A stretch of 10,001 bases of DNA from a virus (Duplodnaviria; Heunggongvirae; Uroviricota; Caudoviricetes): positions 1-10,001 of IMG/VR virus record IMGVR_UViG_3300029517_000070; one strand, written 5' to 3'. A program made the position numbers and the translations under genes. Shown one piece after another: positions 1 through 9,956 of this stretch; positions within the stretch are counted from its first letter, which is position 1, and each line of letters starts with the position of its first letter. The notes under the pieces are model-generated. The model made no database searches. It had not been told where the DNA came from and saw only the letters and a program-made list of their open reading frames with translations.

Positions 1-2
1 TT

Positions 3-77
3 GTCCTCTTAGTTAAATGGATATAACGAGCCCCTCCTAAGGGCTAATTGCAGGTTCGATTCCTGCAGGGGACACCA
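3..77 (+). tRNA. argW: tRNA-Arg, anticodon CCT (reads AGG), complete 75-nt gene ending in CCA
   Basis: Cloverleaf can be folded by eye: acceptor stem GTCCTCT (3-9) pairs with AGGGGAC (66-72), discriminator A, CCA at 75-77; anticodon loop CTCCTAA gives anticodon CCT; T-loop GGTTCGATTCC present. Matches the E. coli argW sequence as I remember it. Confidence 0.9.
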
Positions 78-172
78 TTTATCAGTTCGCTACCATCCGT
101 ACCAGTCCGCAAAATCCCCTGAATATCAAGCCTTCCGTAGATTCACAGTTCGTCATGGTTCGCGTAAGATCG

Positions 173-202
173 TTGACAGCCGCACTCCATGACGGGTAAA
201 AA
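173..202 (+). promoter_or_regulatory. Putative sigma70 promoter for the integrase (TTGACA at 173-178, AT-rich -10-like TAAAAA about 18 bp downstream)
   Basis: Consensus -35 hexamer seen directly; the -10 is weak. Position is inference only. Confidence 0.3.
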
Positions 203-238
203 GTGGATAAAATAATTTTACCCACCGGATTTTTACCC

Positions 239-1393
239 ATGCTCACCGTTAAGCAGATTGAAGCAGCAAAGCCGAAAGAAAAACCATACCGCCTACTCGA
301 TGGTAATGGCCTGTACCTTTATGTCCCTGTATCAGGGAAAAAGGTATGGCAGCTTCGCTACAAGATTGACGGTAAGGAGAAAATCCTGACCGTCGGAAAA
401 TATCCACTTATGACTTTGCAGGAGGCAAGGGATAAGGCATGGACTGCGAGGAAAGACATCTCGGTTGGTATCGATCCGGTAAAGGCGAAAAAGGCTTCGT
501 CTAACAACAATTCCTTTAGTGCGATTTACAAGGAATGGTACGAGCACAAGAAGCAAGTCTGGTCAGTAGGCTATGCAACTGAACTTGCAAAAATGTTTGA
601 TGACGACATTTTACCTATCATCGGCGGCATTGAAATTCAGGATATTGAGCCGATGCAACTGCTGGAAGTAATCCGCAGATTTGAAGATCGCGGTGCAATG
701 GAGCGAGCAAATAAAGCCCGCAGAAGATGCGGCGAGGTTTTCCGTTACGCTATTGTCACTGGTAGGGCTAAATATAACCCGGCACCTGACCTTGCTGACG
801 CCATGAAGGGATACCGCAAGAAGAACTTCCCGTTTCTTCCTGCAGACCAGATCTCGGCATTCAACAAAGCACTTGCAACATTTTCAGGAAGTATCGTATC
901 GCTCATTGCGACCAAAGTTTTACGCTACACAGCCCTAAGAACAAAAGAGCTTCGTTCCATGCTATGGAAGAACGTCGATTTTGAAAACAGGATTATCACC
1001 ATCGACGCCAGTGTGATGAAGGGACGCAAAATTCATGTTGTCCCGATGTCAGACCAGGTGGTTGAACTTCTCACTACACTAAGCTCAATCACTAAACCAG
1101 TATCAGAGTTTGTTTTTTCCGGGCGCAACGATAAGAAGAAGCCAATCTGCGAGAACGCGGTATTGCTTGTGATCAAACAAATTGGCTATGAAGGGCTGGA
1201 AAGCGGTCACGGATTCAGGCATGAATTCAGCACGATTATGAACGAGCACGAATGGCCTGCTGACGCTATTGAAGTGCAACTGGCACATGCCAACGGCGGA
1301 TCTGTGCGCGGGATTTACAACCATGCTCAGTATCTCGATAAGCGCAGAGAAATGATGCAGTGGTGGGCTGACTGGCTTGATGAGAAGGCGTGA
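239..1393 (+). CDS. intS: Tyrosine recombinase / P4-family prophage integrase (IntS-like)
   Basis: ORF-track protein (203..1393) from residue 13 onward (MLTVKQIEAAKPKEKPYRLLDGNGLYLYVP...) matches E. coli CPS-53 IntS as I recall it. C-terminal catalytic region contains R...HxxR...Y-type motifs (HGFRHEF, GIYNHAQY). The GTG at 203 lies inside the putative promoter, so ATG at 239 is preferred; the start is still uncertain. Confidence 0.85.
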   Translation: MLTVKQIEAAKPKEKPYRLLDGNGLYLYVPVSGKKVWQLRYKIDGKEKILTVGKYPLMTLQEARDKAWTARKDISVGIDPVKAKKASSNNNSFSAIYKEWYEHKKQVWSVGYATELAKMFDDDILPIIGGIEIQDIEPMQLLEVIRRFEDRGAMERANKARRRCGEVFRYAIVTGRAKYNPAPDLADAMKGYRKKNFPFLPADQISAFNKALATFSGSIVSLIATKVLRYTALRTKELRSMLWKNVDFENRIITIDASVMKGRKIHVVPMSDQVVELLTTLSSITKPVSEFVFSGRNDKKKPICENAVLLVIKQIGYEGLESGHGFRHEFSTIMNEHEWPADAIEVQLAHANGGSVRGIYNHAQYLDKRREMMQWWADWLDEKA

Positions 1394-1443
1394 TGCTTTC
1401 CATCTTTCCATTCGGATTCCTCCTACCAGATTTACCTAGAGAG

Positions 1444-1452
1444 TGATATAGT
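1444..1452 (+). promoter_or_regulatory. Possible extended -10 promoter element (TGATATAGT) upstream of the acyltransferase
   Basis: TGnTATAGT motif seen 30 bp upstream of the ATG at 1483; no good -35 at correct spacing. Inference. Confidence 0.3.
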
Positions 1453-1482
1453 TAATCTTTTAAAAAGTTACATGGGCTTTGC

Positions 1483-3318
1483 ATGTCTTCTAAATTTAGG
1501 AATGATATTAATGGGCTAAGGGCTCTAGCGGTCGCAGCTGTTATTATATATCACTTTAATAGCTCTTATATGTCAAGCGGATTTGCAGGAGTGGATGTTT
1601 TTTTTGTTATCTCTGGATACCTGATGACATCCATAATAGTTAATAAATTCAATGATGGTAATTTCAAGCTTTTTGATTTCTACCTATCAAGAGCAAAAAG
1701 AATCATACCATCATTAATAATAGTCTGCTTTGCTCTGTTGATTTTTGGTTTTTTATTAATAGAACCTGGTACTTATCAGCTAATAGGCAAGCATTCGGCA
1801 AGCTCTCTTACATTCATATCAAACTTTACCTATCTATTTGAATCTGGATATTTCGACCAATCATCCAAAGAAAAGTTTTTGCTGCACACTTGGTCACTAT
1901 CTGTTGAGTGGCAGTTCTACTTGATTTATCCATTTATAATAATATCAATTTCTAAGCTGTTTGGCATAACAAGGCTGCGAGCGGCGCTAGCGTCTCTATC
2001 GGTGATTGGATTTATAATTTCTTTAATTATATCAAAAGAAGATATATCTTTATCTTACTATATGTTTTTTAGTAGAGCATGGGAGATGATAGTAGGTGGA
2101 GTTATTTTCTTGCTTCCATCAATAATGACGCAGACAAAGAGACTGACTTTAGAAATAATAGGGTGCATTGGTATAATATTATCATTTTTTGTTTTTACTG
2201 AACAAACGTTATGGCCGGGGACTCCAACTCTAATGCCTGTAATGTTCACTGCATTGGTTATATATGCTAATAATGAAAAATCAATTCTATCTGCAAGGCC
2301 AATTCAATTAATCGGTAAGATATCATATTCTATATACTTGGTGCATTGGGTAATATTAGTATCATTAAAAAAACTGTATATAGACTTTGGGTTTGCTGCA
2401 TACCTGATATCAACATTAATGCTATCTTTTGCATTATATCACTTTGTTGAAAAAAGGCGTAGCTTTGGGAAAATATGGGTTTATTTGTATGTTTTATGTT
2501 TTCTCATTTCGCTGGCCGTCTCCTTGAATGGAGTCAGATCGCGAACAAGTGGGTCAGATGATTACAGAATGAGCCTTCAGGAGTTCAGAGACAAGTACGA
2601 AGGAAGTGATGGAGTAAAGGATAGCCTCAAACCTATCTTCTTCAACTCTAACGAAGATGACTTTGAATATATATTAATTGGAAGTAGCCATGCAAAGCAC
2701 TATTACTCATATATAAAATCAAAAGGTTTGAAAGTGGTGTCGCTTGCGCTTGATGGGTGTAACTCAACAAAAAACAGGTATACCAACTACCGTCCGGAAT
2801 CATGCGCCCCTCGCTATGATCAAGTGGTAAAATTCATCAATGGCCATCCTGGCAAAAAGGTAGTTTGGGCTACTTTGTGGACTTGGGTTGGGATCCCTAG
2901 AGATAGCTCCAAAAATAATAATGAGAGTACTCTAGATGTGATAAATGAAGAAGTAACTGCATTTATAGGTGACATTAATAAATCAAATAGTGACATTTAT
3001 CTTATAGGTGACGTTCCGGGCACTAAGAAACTAACATTTGAATGCATGGCTAAAAATTCGCTGCCTTTGAATAGATATTTCAATTTGGGCGGATGCAGTG
3101 ACAAGCAAAAGTATGAGGACGATGGTGTTGATGCAACACTATCATCCATAGCTAGAAAATATGATAACGTTCACTTTATAGGGGCTGCAAACTCCTTGTG
3201 TTCATCAGGTGAATGCATGTTGATATCTGAAGGTAAACCAATTTATACAGATTATGGTCACCTTTCAAAATATGGTGCAAATATAGTCGGAAAGTATATA
3301 TTCAGTAAAGTTAATTAA
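1483..3318 (+). CDS. Integral-membrane acyltransferase (acyltransferase-3 family) fused to a C-terminal SGNH-like domain; probable O-antigen O-acetyltransferase (Oac/OafA-like serotype-conversion moron)
   Basis: 611 aa. N-terminal about 370 aa are very hydrophobic with the AT3-type start (RNDINGLRALAVAAVIIYHF) and multiple predicted TM segments; the C-terminal about 240 aa are soluble. The gene is visibly much more AT-rich than its neighbours, and sits between int and tailspike as oac does in Sf6 and gtrABC do in CPS-53/P22. Confidence 0.85.
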   Translation: MSSKFRNDINGLRALAVAAVIIYHFNSSYMSSGFAGVDVFFVISGYLMTSIIVNKFNDGNFKLFDFYLSRAKRIIPSLIIVCFALLIFGFLLIEPGTYQLIGKHSASSLTFISNFTYLFESGYFDQSSKEKFLLHTWSLSVEWQFYLIYPFIIISISKLFGITRLRAALASLSVIGFIISLIISKEDISLSYYMFFSRAWEMIVGGVIFLLPSIMTQTKRLTLEIIGCIGIILSFFVFTEQTLWPGTPTLMPVMFTALVIYANNEKSILSARPIQLIGKISYSIYLVHWVILVSLKKLYIDFGFAAYLISTLMLSFALYHFVEKRRSFGKIWVYLYVLCFLISLAVSLNGVRSRTSGSDDYRMSLQEFRDKYEGSDGVKDSLKPIFFNSNEDDFEYILIGSSHAKHYYSYIKSKGLKVVSLALDGCNSTKNRYTNYRPESCAPRYDQVVKFINGHPGKKVVWATLWTWVGIPRDSSKNNNESTLDVINEEVTAFIGDINKSNSDIYLIGDVPGTKKLTFECMAKNSLPLNRYFNLGGCSDKQKYEDDGVDATLSSIARKYDNVHFIGAANSLCSSGECMLISEGKPIYTDYGHLSKYGANIVGKYIFSKVN

Positions 3319-3322
3319 ACTA

Positions 3323-3351
3323 AGGCCCCTCAATCCTGAGGGGCTTTTTTT
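3323..3351. terminator. Rho-independent terminator shared by the convergent acyltransferase and tailspike genes
   Basis: Perfect 8-bp GC-rich stem GCCCCTCA (3325-3332) / TGAGGGGC (3337-3344), 4-nt loop, then a run of seven T (3345-3351) on the + strand. The tailspike stop codon overlaps the T tract. Confidence 0.8.
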
Positions 3352-5182
3352 ACGCGGTTAATCTCCAGCGCTTATCATAGTAATGCATTAATCCTTGTGA
3401 TGTTATTTTCATATGCACGATTGCTTGAGAAAAAGTGGCGGCAGCAAAACTTACCCTAAGAAATGTTTGTGAGCCGTTATTGTATTTAGATGTGGTAATG
3501 CCGGTTAGGTTTTTACTTCCAGCAATCATATTTGACCAAACATTACTTGAAGCTAAAGTGGCTTGATCTTTTGCTGATACGCTTACCAATATAACTCCAC
3601 CGGTCTCACCAGTTCCGCCCAATCCATTCTGATTAATTGGCATAATCTTTAACTCTGCTGCGATAAAAACCCCCCCCGTATATGAAGCTTCTTCACCAAT
3701 CGTTGAAATAAGAATATCAATATTTCTTCCATATGGTACCAAAACCGTCGCATCTTCAGTTAATACCTGAGTGTATGTGGCGTTTTTAGCTTGGTGTTTA
3801 GCGGAAAGAACCACACCATCAGAACCAGTTCGAAAGCCGATTCCAGTATGTTCCCCGTAGTATTTACCGTAATAATTTATTCCTCTGACGTCAAATTCTG
3901 AAATAGCACTTCCGGTTGTGTTTTTTACGAAAATGAACTTATCACCGAAGGTGAAACCTCGGCACTGATATTGATTCGTTGGATCGGCAATGTTTTTAAG
4001 AAAGGAAATTCCCTTATAGGCTTTAACGTACCCACTTTCGAAACGAAAGTTCACAGGACCATTTTGTTCATTTGCTGGTAATTCAACAAAATGAGTAACC
4101 GTGGCTCCGCTAGGGTCCTGAATCCAGCAGGAAATGTTCTCAACGGTTGCAACTGATTGGCCGTCCTCTTCATTGTAATCTGCAAAATCAAGAGCGTGCG
4201 TACCATTTATCCCTTCGATACCCATACCTTTGATAGAAAGAGAGCGGAATCCATAGAACTTATGAGGTAAAGAACAACCATCTGCAGCAATATTATTTGC
4301 GGCAACGTACATTAATGGCCCCGGAGCCTTTACAGGTTCATAGGTTTCTCTATCAATCACAGCCCCCCAAAGATAACCAACACCACATTGCGAAGACCAA
4401 ATTGCAGAGACATCAGTACTTGTTCCCCATATTGCAAATCCGTATGTGCAATCATACATAAAAATATTTTGTATGACGCTGACAAATGGACACGATGGGA
4501 GCGCAAATTTATAATGGTAGAAGTCTATATTAGTTAGCTTCCAGTTCTTTCCGCCACCATACGTGGTGCTAGGACCACTTAGCAAAAGTGGACACCCTGT
4601 ATATTCAGAGTCAGTGTTTCTGAAACCAATATTTTCAATATGTAAATTATGACCCCATGAGGACATGTAAAAACCGCCATTTCCTGACGTATAAATCAAA
4701 CTCTGCCTCGGGTTATCACCCTTAATATTTAAGGTGATGCCTTCCCATCTAAACTGGCTAATGTCAATTTGAGTGTTACCAATATATATAGGCTGGTCTA
4801 TAAAAATAGGAAGTTTAGTTAGATAAGCTTTATTAAGTGCTAATCCATCATTTGTTACACCTGTTAAATCGACGCCACCCATGCTTGGCGCTTTTGGGTA
4901 AGGCGTTCCCTGAATAGTACTTCCATCAATATAAGGAGCATCCATCCACGCACCAAACATACGAGGAGTAACATATCCTTTCCCCTGCAGATCTCGTTTC
5001 CAGCGTTTACCACCCGCAGTGACAATGACCATGCCGTTATCATCTGCAGAAGTCGAATCTGTGAAATCGGCCACAAACAGACCACCACCAGTATCACCTG
5101 ATACTGTCGGCTTCATGCCTGTAGTGTGGAAGTCGACGAAAATCTTTTGCTGATCTCGCTCAGGCTCAATTGTCCTTAACAT
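3350..5182 (-). CDS. Tailspike / receptor-binding depolymerase-like protein (predicted beta-helix), lacking a P22-type N-terminal head-binding domain
   Basis: 610 aa, Gly/Asn/Thr/Ser-rich beta-type sequence with a pectate-lyase-like N-cap (GYVTPRMFGAW). Sits in the gene 9 position after ejection genes and convergent with the O-antigen acyltransferase. No Shine-Dalgarno before the ATG at 5182. No similarity to the conserved P22/Sf6/HK620 tailspike N-terminus as I recall it. Confidence 0.65.
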   Translation of the reverse strand: MLRTIEPERDQQKIFVDFHTTGMKPTVSGDTGGGLFVADFTDSTSADDNGMVIVTAGGKRWKRDLQGKGYVTPRMFGAWMDAPYIDGSTIQGTPYPKAPSMGGVDLTGVTNDGLALNKAYLTKLPIFIDQPIYIGNTQIDISQFRWEGITLNIKGDNPRQSLIYTSGNGGFYMSSWGHNLHIENIGFRNTDSEYTGCPLLLSGPSTTYGGGKNWKLTNIDFYHYKFALPSCPFVSVIQNIFMYDCTYGFAIWGTSTDVSAIWSSQCGVGYLWGAVIDRETYEPVKAPGPLMYVAANNIAADGCSLPHKFYGFRSLSIKGMGIEGINGTHALDFADYNEEDGQSVATVENISCWIQDPSGATVTHFVELPANEQNGPVNFRFESGYVKAYKGISFLKNIADPTNQYQCRGFTFGDKFIFVKNTTGSAISEFDVRGINYYGKYYGEHTGIGFRTGSDGVVLSAKHQAKNATYTQVLTEDATVLVPYGRNIDILISTIGEEASYTGGVFIAAELKIMPINQNGLGGTGETGGVILVSVSAKDQATLASSNVWSNMIAGSKNLTGITTSKYNNGSQTFLRVSFAAATFSQAIVHMKITSQGLMHYYDKRWRLTA

Positions 5183-5210
5183 TGCTATATCAGGGCATGT
5201 CCCGATGTAT

Positions 5211-5462
5211 TTAAGACCGTCTTACCAGACCACGACCAGCCTGTTCTGCAATTTGCCCTGCACTTTGACCACCAGTGAGCCAATCGCCAGCTTGTTGCAT
5301 CAATGATGGTTCTTCACGTGCTGGTTCATTGCTATCCTGGCTGACAGTTTGTTGCTGAACAGACTGTCCAGCAAAATACTCATCAATGGCAGATCCAATA
5401 TCTTCCGTGCTCGTACCATCAGGGAAGGTAAATGTCTTACCGTTTGCAGTTACTTTCATCAT
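5211..5462 (-). CDS. Hypothetical small protein (83 aa) at the position where a gp16-type ejection protein is expected; possibly an N-terminal remnant
   Basis: ORF with GGTGGA Shine-Dalgarno just upstream of tandem ATGs (GTGGAATGATGAAAG); the C-terminal half is low-complexity and Q/A/G/E-rich. Functional assignment is inference. Confidence 0.4.
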   Translation of the reverse strand: MMKVTANGKTFTFPDGTSTEDIGSAIDEYFAGQSVQQQTVSQDSNEPAREEPSLMQQAGDWLTGGQSAGQIAEQAGRGLVRRS

Positions 5463-5572
5463 TCCACCGTAAATTGAATGCCTGATTTTGAGGTATATGA
5501 TCCAACCTGATTCCGTGGTTCTCCTGAAGGTGTCGAATCTTGCGCTGGTGCTGCGTCAGTATTCATTGACAT
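5459..5572 (-). CDS. Possible 37-codon ORF ([37 protein letters not shown]) overlapping the gp20-like stop and coupled by ATGA overlap to the 83-aa ORF
   Basis: Hand translation of the minus strand; below the ORF-track length cutoff. May be a gene remnant rather than a real gene. Confidence 0.2.
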   Translation of the reverse strand: MSMNTDAAPAQDSTPSGEPRNQVGSYTSKSGIQFTVE

Positions 5573-6873
5573 ATACCGCTTAACGGCACTCCCAATGATT
5601 CACCTTTTTTAACATCCAACCCCAATATCTGACCGCCATTACGCGATTGTCCAGGGTTGCCATTCGCGCTCATCCACTCGGCTTTAAACTCATTAAACTG
5701 CGCGTTTCGTCGCTCAAGGTTTGCCATTGCATCAAGCCATCTTGCGACCGTCTCAGGGTTATCCATGTCAGTTGGTGCACCCTGACGAACGATCTCAACG
5801 TCTTTATCCGTTGCGGGGCCGGGAGGTAGGAATTTAAGAACCTGACTGTTAACAAGGGCATTTTGGCGAATGCGCAAATCACGCAATGTCGTATCGCTTC
5901 CGGTAAGTTTTGCGAACATGTTCTGTGCGTTACCGAACAAACCTGTCGTTGGTTTTTCTGCTCTGAACTGTTGAGCAAGCGCACTCATAGAATTGGCTGA
6001 GTTTGATGATGCTGTGGCATTGTTTACAGCCGTCTCGATGCCTTTTTCCATGTTTACTGACAGCTTAGGTGCTTCGCTAATCAACTGCTGAGCCTTTTCC
6101 TGCGCTTGCTGCATCTTAAACCCGAACTCTTGCTGATCCAGAGCCAAGCGTTGTGCTGCGATATTGTGCCCAGTCATTGCTGACTGATAGGAAAGGTTTT
6201 GCCCTCTCGCCTGAAGTGCTTCACCAGCCTGATTGCTGCGGATTGTCTCTGCCAGCCTGCCTCGGTCAATTTCACGACCAGCCATCTTATCCTGAACAGC
6301 AAACGCCTTTTCTGGCCCAAGCGCACCGAGAGACATAGTAGTCAGCATGTGTGATAGCTGCTCTGGATTCTGGATACCTGTCTGAATCATCCAGTCAGCA
6401 TTAGCACCAACGCGATTTAACCTGTCCTTGTTGTCAGTAATGAATTTACTGTAGGCTTCCGGTCCCTGAGAAAGAGCGACGTTAGCCCTCATGGCTAAAT
6501 CGCCCATATCGTTGCGTTGCTGCTCATTAAGACCGGAAAACGCCTGTTGTGCCTGTGCAACAAACGCTGGATTTTCCTGGGCAAACTTAAATAGTCCCGA
6601 TGGATCACCAGAAGCCCATGCATCAGCGTGAACCTTATTGAACGCACTAATCGCTTTCTGTTGCTGTTCCTGCTTATAAATATCAGCAACTCCAGCCAGA
6701 CCACGTAACGCGGTCAGACCAACGTTATTTGCACCTGAGCGAGCCAGTTCATTGTTTTCGCGGATCAGACCAAGCGTTGCGTTAATGTCGCTTGCCTTTG
6801 GCGCATTCTCGTTTTGCGCACCAATGCCAGCCAGAAAACCACCAGAATTAATACCCTGTTGCCACGTAGCCAT
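5563..6873 (-). CDS. Phage ejection / internal virion protein, P22 gp20-like
   Basis: 436 aa, Ala/Gln-rich and predicted alpha-helical; AAGGGG Shine-Dalgarno 7 nt upstream of the ATG; located directly downstream of the gp7-like gene in the same operon. Assignment by order and composition, recalled not searched. Confidence 0.7.
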   Translation of the reverse strand: MATWQQGINSGGFLAGIGAQNENAPKASDINATLGLIRENNELARSGANNVGLTALRGLAGVADIYKQEQQQKAISAFNKVHADAWASGDPSGLFKFAQENPAFVAQAQQAFSGLNEQQRNDMGDLAMRANVALSQGPEAYSKFITDNKDRLNRVGANADWMIQTGIQNPEQLSHMLTTMSLGALGPEKAFAVQDKMAGREIDRGRLAETIRSNQAGEALQARGQNLSYQSAMTGHNIAAQRLALDQQEFGFKMQQAQEKAQQLISEAPKLSVNMEKGIETAVNNATASSNSANSMSALAQQFRAEKPTTGLFGNAQNMFAKLTGSDTTLRDLRIRQNALVNSQVLKFLPPGPATDKDVEIVRQGAPTDMDNPETVARWLDAMANLERRNAQFNEFKAEWMSANGNPGQSRNGGQILGLDVKKGESLGVPLSGICQ

Positions 6874-6883
6874 TGATTACCCC

Positions 6884-7576
6884 TTAAAACAACGAGCCAA
6901 GCAATCCGATACCAGCACCAATGCCAGCGCCCCAAGGCGTTGATGTTCCCAAAATGCTGGCAAGACCTGCACCGGCAATCGCACCAGACGTGCCACCGCT
7001 AATTGCAGTCTGAAGACTTGATGGTTTATTGGCATTAGCAGCGGCAAGAGCTGCGCTTTGCTGTGCAATGCTGCTCATGTTGTTGGCGTACGTCTGCCCG
7101 GCGTTTGCCTGACCTTGCAGTGCACCAAGCCCAACGTTTGCCAGATTGTTGTAATTGCTCATCTGATTTGATAACCAAGACTGACCGAGTGTCGGCGCGA
7201 TCGTAGCCAGTTGATTGCTTGTGGCTGTCGAACCAAGTCCACCCGTCGCCTCCGCAGCAGCAAGACTCTGGTAACGAGCCTGACCTGCAAGGTCTTTATA
7301 CTGCTGAGAGTTGTAATACTGATTAAGTGCCTGCCCCTGACCTTCTAAACTGGAAAGGTTTTGAAGCTGGTTAACATACTGCTCCGCAAGAGGCGTGAAC
7401 GGAGCAAGGTTTTTCATGATCGTCTGCCACTGCTGATTTTGCAGGTCTGCGGCATACTTCTGAGCTTCTGCTGCATACTTTGCGCTTTTATCAGAGCTGC
7501 CACCTTTCCCGCCTTTTTCAGGGCAATAAGGTTCCTCGCCGCGCAGTTTTCTGCCCAGCTTAAATGCATATAACAT
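6884..7576 (-). CDS. Phage ejection protein, P22 gp7-like
   Basis: 230 aa; N-terminus MLYAFKLGRKLRGEEPYCPEKGGKGG and a Gly/Ala-rich hydrophobic C-terminus are typical of P22-type gp7 as I recall; GGGAGA Shine-Dalgarno 5 nt upstream. Confidence 0.7.
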   Translation of the reverse strand: MLYAFKLGRKLRGEEPYCPEKGGKGGSSDKSAKYAAEAQKYAADLQNQQWQTIMKNLAPFTPLAEQYVNQLQNLSSLEGQGQALNQYYNSQQYKDLAGQARYQSLAAAEATGGLGSTATSNQLATIAPTLGQSWLSNQMSNYNNLANVGLGALQGQANAGQTYANNMSSIAQQSAALAAANANKPSSLQTAISGGTSGAIAGAGLASILGTSTPWGAGIGAGIGLLGSLF

Positions 7577-7578
7577 AG

Positions 7579-9385
<1,807 letters not shown>

Positions 9386-9434
9386 TCCCCACCTCAATCT
9401 CGATAACCAAAAACAAACTATTTTTCATTTAAAA

Positions 9435-9516
9435 ACAATGGAGTTTGTTTTTCACGCCCCTTTTTACAATATTTCTTGTTTACAACATACAATCTTTCTT
9501 GTAATTTTAAGCCATC
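9435..9516 (+). promoter_or_regulatory. 434-type left operators (OL3 9435-9448, OL2 9466-9479, OL1 9489-9502) and PL promoter (-35 TTTACA 9479-9484, -10 TAATTT 9502-9507, start near ATCAG at about 9514)
   Basis: Three ACAA-N6-TTGT 14-mers seen directly: ACAATGGAGTTTGT, ACAATATTTCTTGT, ACAATCTTTCTTGT. Sequence downstream from CATCAGCAGGACGCACTGACC matches the lambda PL transcript leader as recalled. Confidence 0.75.
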
Positions 9517-9546
9517 AGCAGGACGCACTGACCACCATGAAGGTGA

Positions 9547-9577
9547 GGCTCTTAAAAATTAAGCCCTGAAGAAGGGC
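9547..9577 (+). promoter_or_regulatory. nutL antitermination site: boxA-like GGCTCTTAA followed by boxB hairpin GCCCTGAAGAAGGGC (9563-9577)
   Basis: boxB is identical to lambda nutL boxB as recalled (5-bp stem, GAAGA loop); boxA differs from lambda CGCTCTTA at the first base. Confidence 0.85.
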
Positions 9578-9845
9578 AGCATTCAAAGCAGAAGGCTTTG
9601 GGGTGTGGTGAAGCCAGCTAGTCACTGGCAAGTGCTTACCTACTGTTGAGCGGTGAAGCGCTCCCAACGCTAGCAATAGCGTGGACGAGATGGGGAGCCG
9701 CGGGCGATAAGGCCGCCATAACGCGCACGTTGTCGCATGGAAAAATCGCTGGGGTGCCGGTTATACCCCTCCGAATGAGACTCAACAAGCTGGAGCTAGA
9801 CTACCAGCCACCACACCACCAAAGCTAACTGACAGGAGAATCCAG

Positions 9846-9956
9846 ATGGATGCACAAGCACGCCGCCGCGAACGTCGCGCAGAGAAACAGGCTCAATGGA
9901 AAGCAGCAAATCCCCTGTTGGTTGGGGTATCCAGCGACGATTTTAGCGCCCAATAA
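9846..9956 (+). pseudogene. N: N antiterminator remnant: 36-codon ORF retaining the arginine-rich boxB-binding motif but lacking the NusA- and RNAP-binding regions
   Basis: AGGAG Shine-Dalgarno 7 nt upstream; MDAQARRRERRAEKQAQWKAANPLLVGVS is near-identical to lambda N residues 1-29 (107 aa in lambda), then diverges to SDDFSAQ-stop at about 9930. Confidence 0.7.

Noticed and set aside
203-238. GTG start at 203 extending the integrase by 12 codons
   Set aside because: It overlaps the putative promoter region and lacks a Shine-Dalgarno; the Met at 239 matches the IntS N-terminus as recalled. Kept only as an alternative.
332-1411. Minus-strand ORFs 332..556 and 1103..1411 inside the integrase
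   Set aside because: Antisense to a well-supported gene, with no start signals; typical shadow ORFs.
2058-2249. Minus-strand 63-aa ORF inside the acyltransferase
   Set aside because: Antisense shadow ORF in AT-rich sequence.
4864-5097. Minus-strand 77-aa ORF in another frame within the tailspike gene
   Set aside because: Fully embedded in the tailspike coding frame on the same strand; no independent start signals.
3350-5182. P22-type N-terminal head-binding domain in the tailspike
   Set aside because: I looked for it in all frames upstream and within the first 110 residues and found no resemblance to the conserved P22/Sf6 tailspike N-terminus as recalled.
5600-5615. Possible programmed frameshift at the A6 run near the gp20-like C-terminus linking it to the 37-codon ORF
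   Set aside because: Hand translation shows both alternative frames hit stop codons immediately downstream of the A-run, so no frameshift product can join the two ORFs.
5647-7068. ORF-track entries 5647..5829(+), 5670..5984(-), 6153..6338(+), 6495..6704(-), 6752..6943(+), 6877..7068(-)
   Set aside because: All lie inside or antisense to the gp20-like and gp7-like genes, have no ribosome-binding sites, and have low-complexity translations.
9646-9828. 60-aa ORF in the nutL-to-N leader
   Set aside because: It sits in the conserved untranslated N leader, has no Shine-Dalgarno, and its Gly/Ala/Pro-rich translation reflects GC-rich leader sequence.
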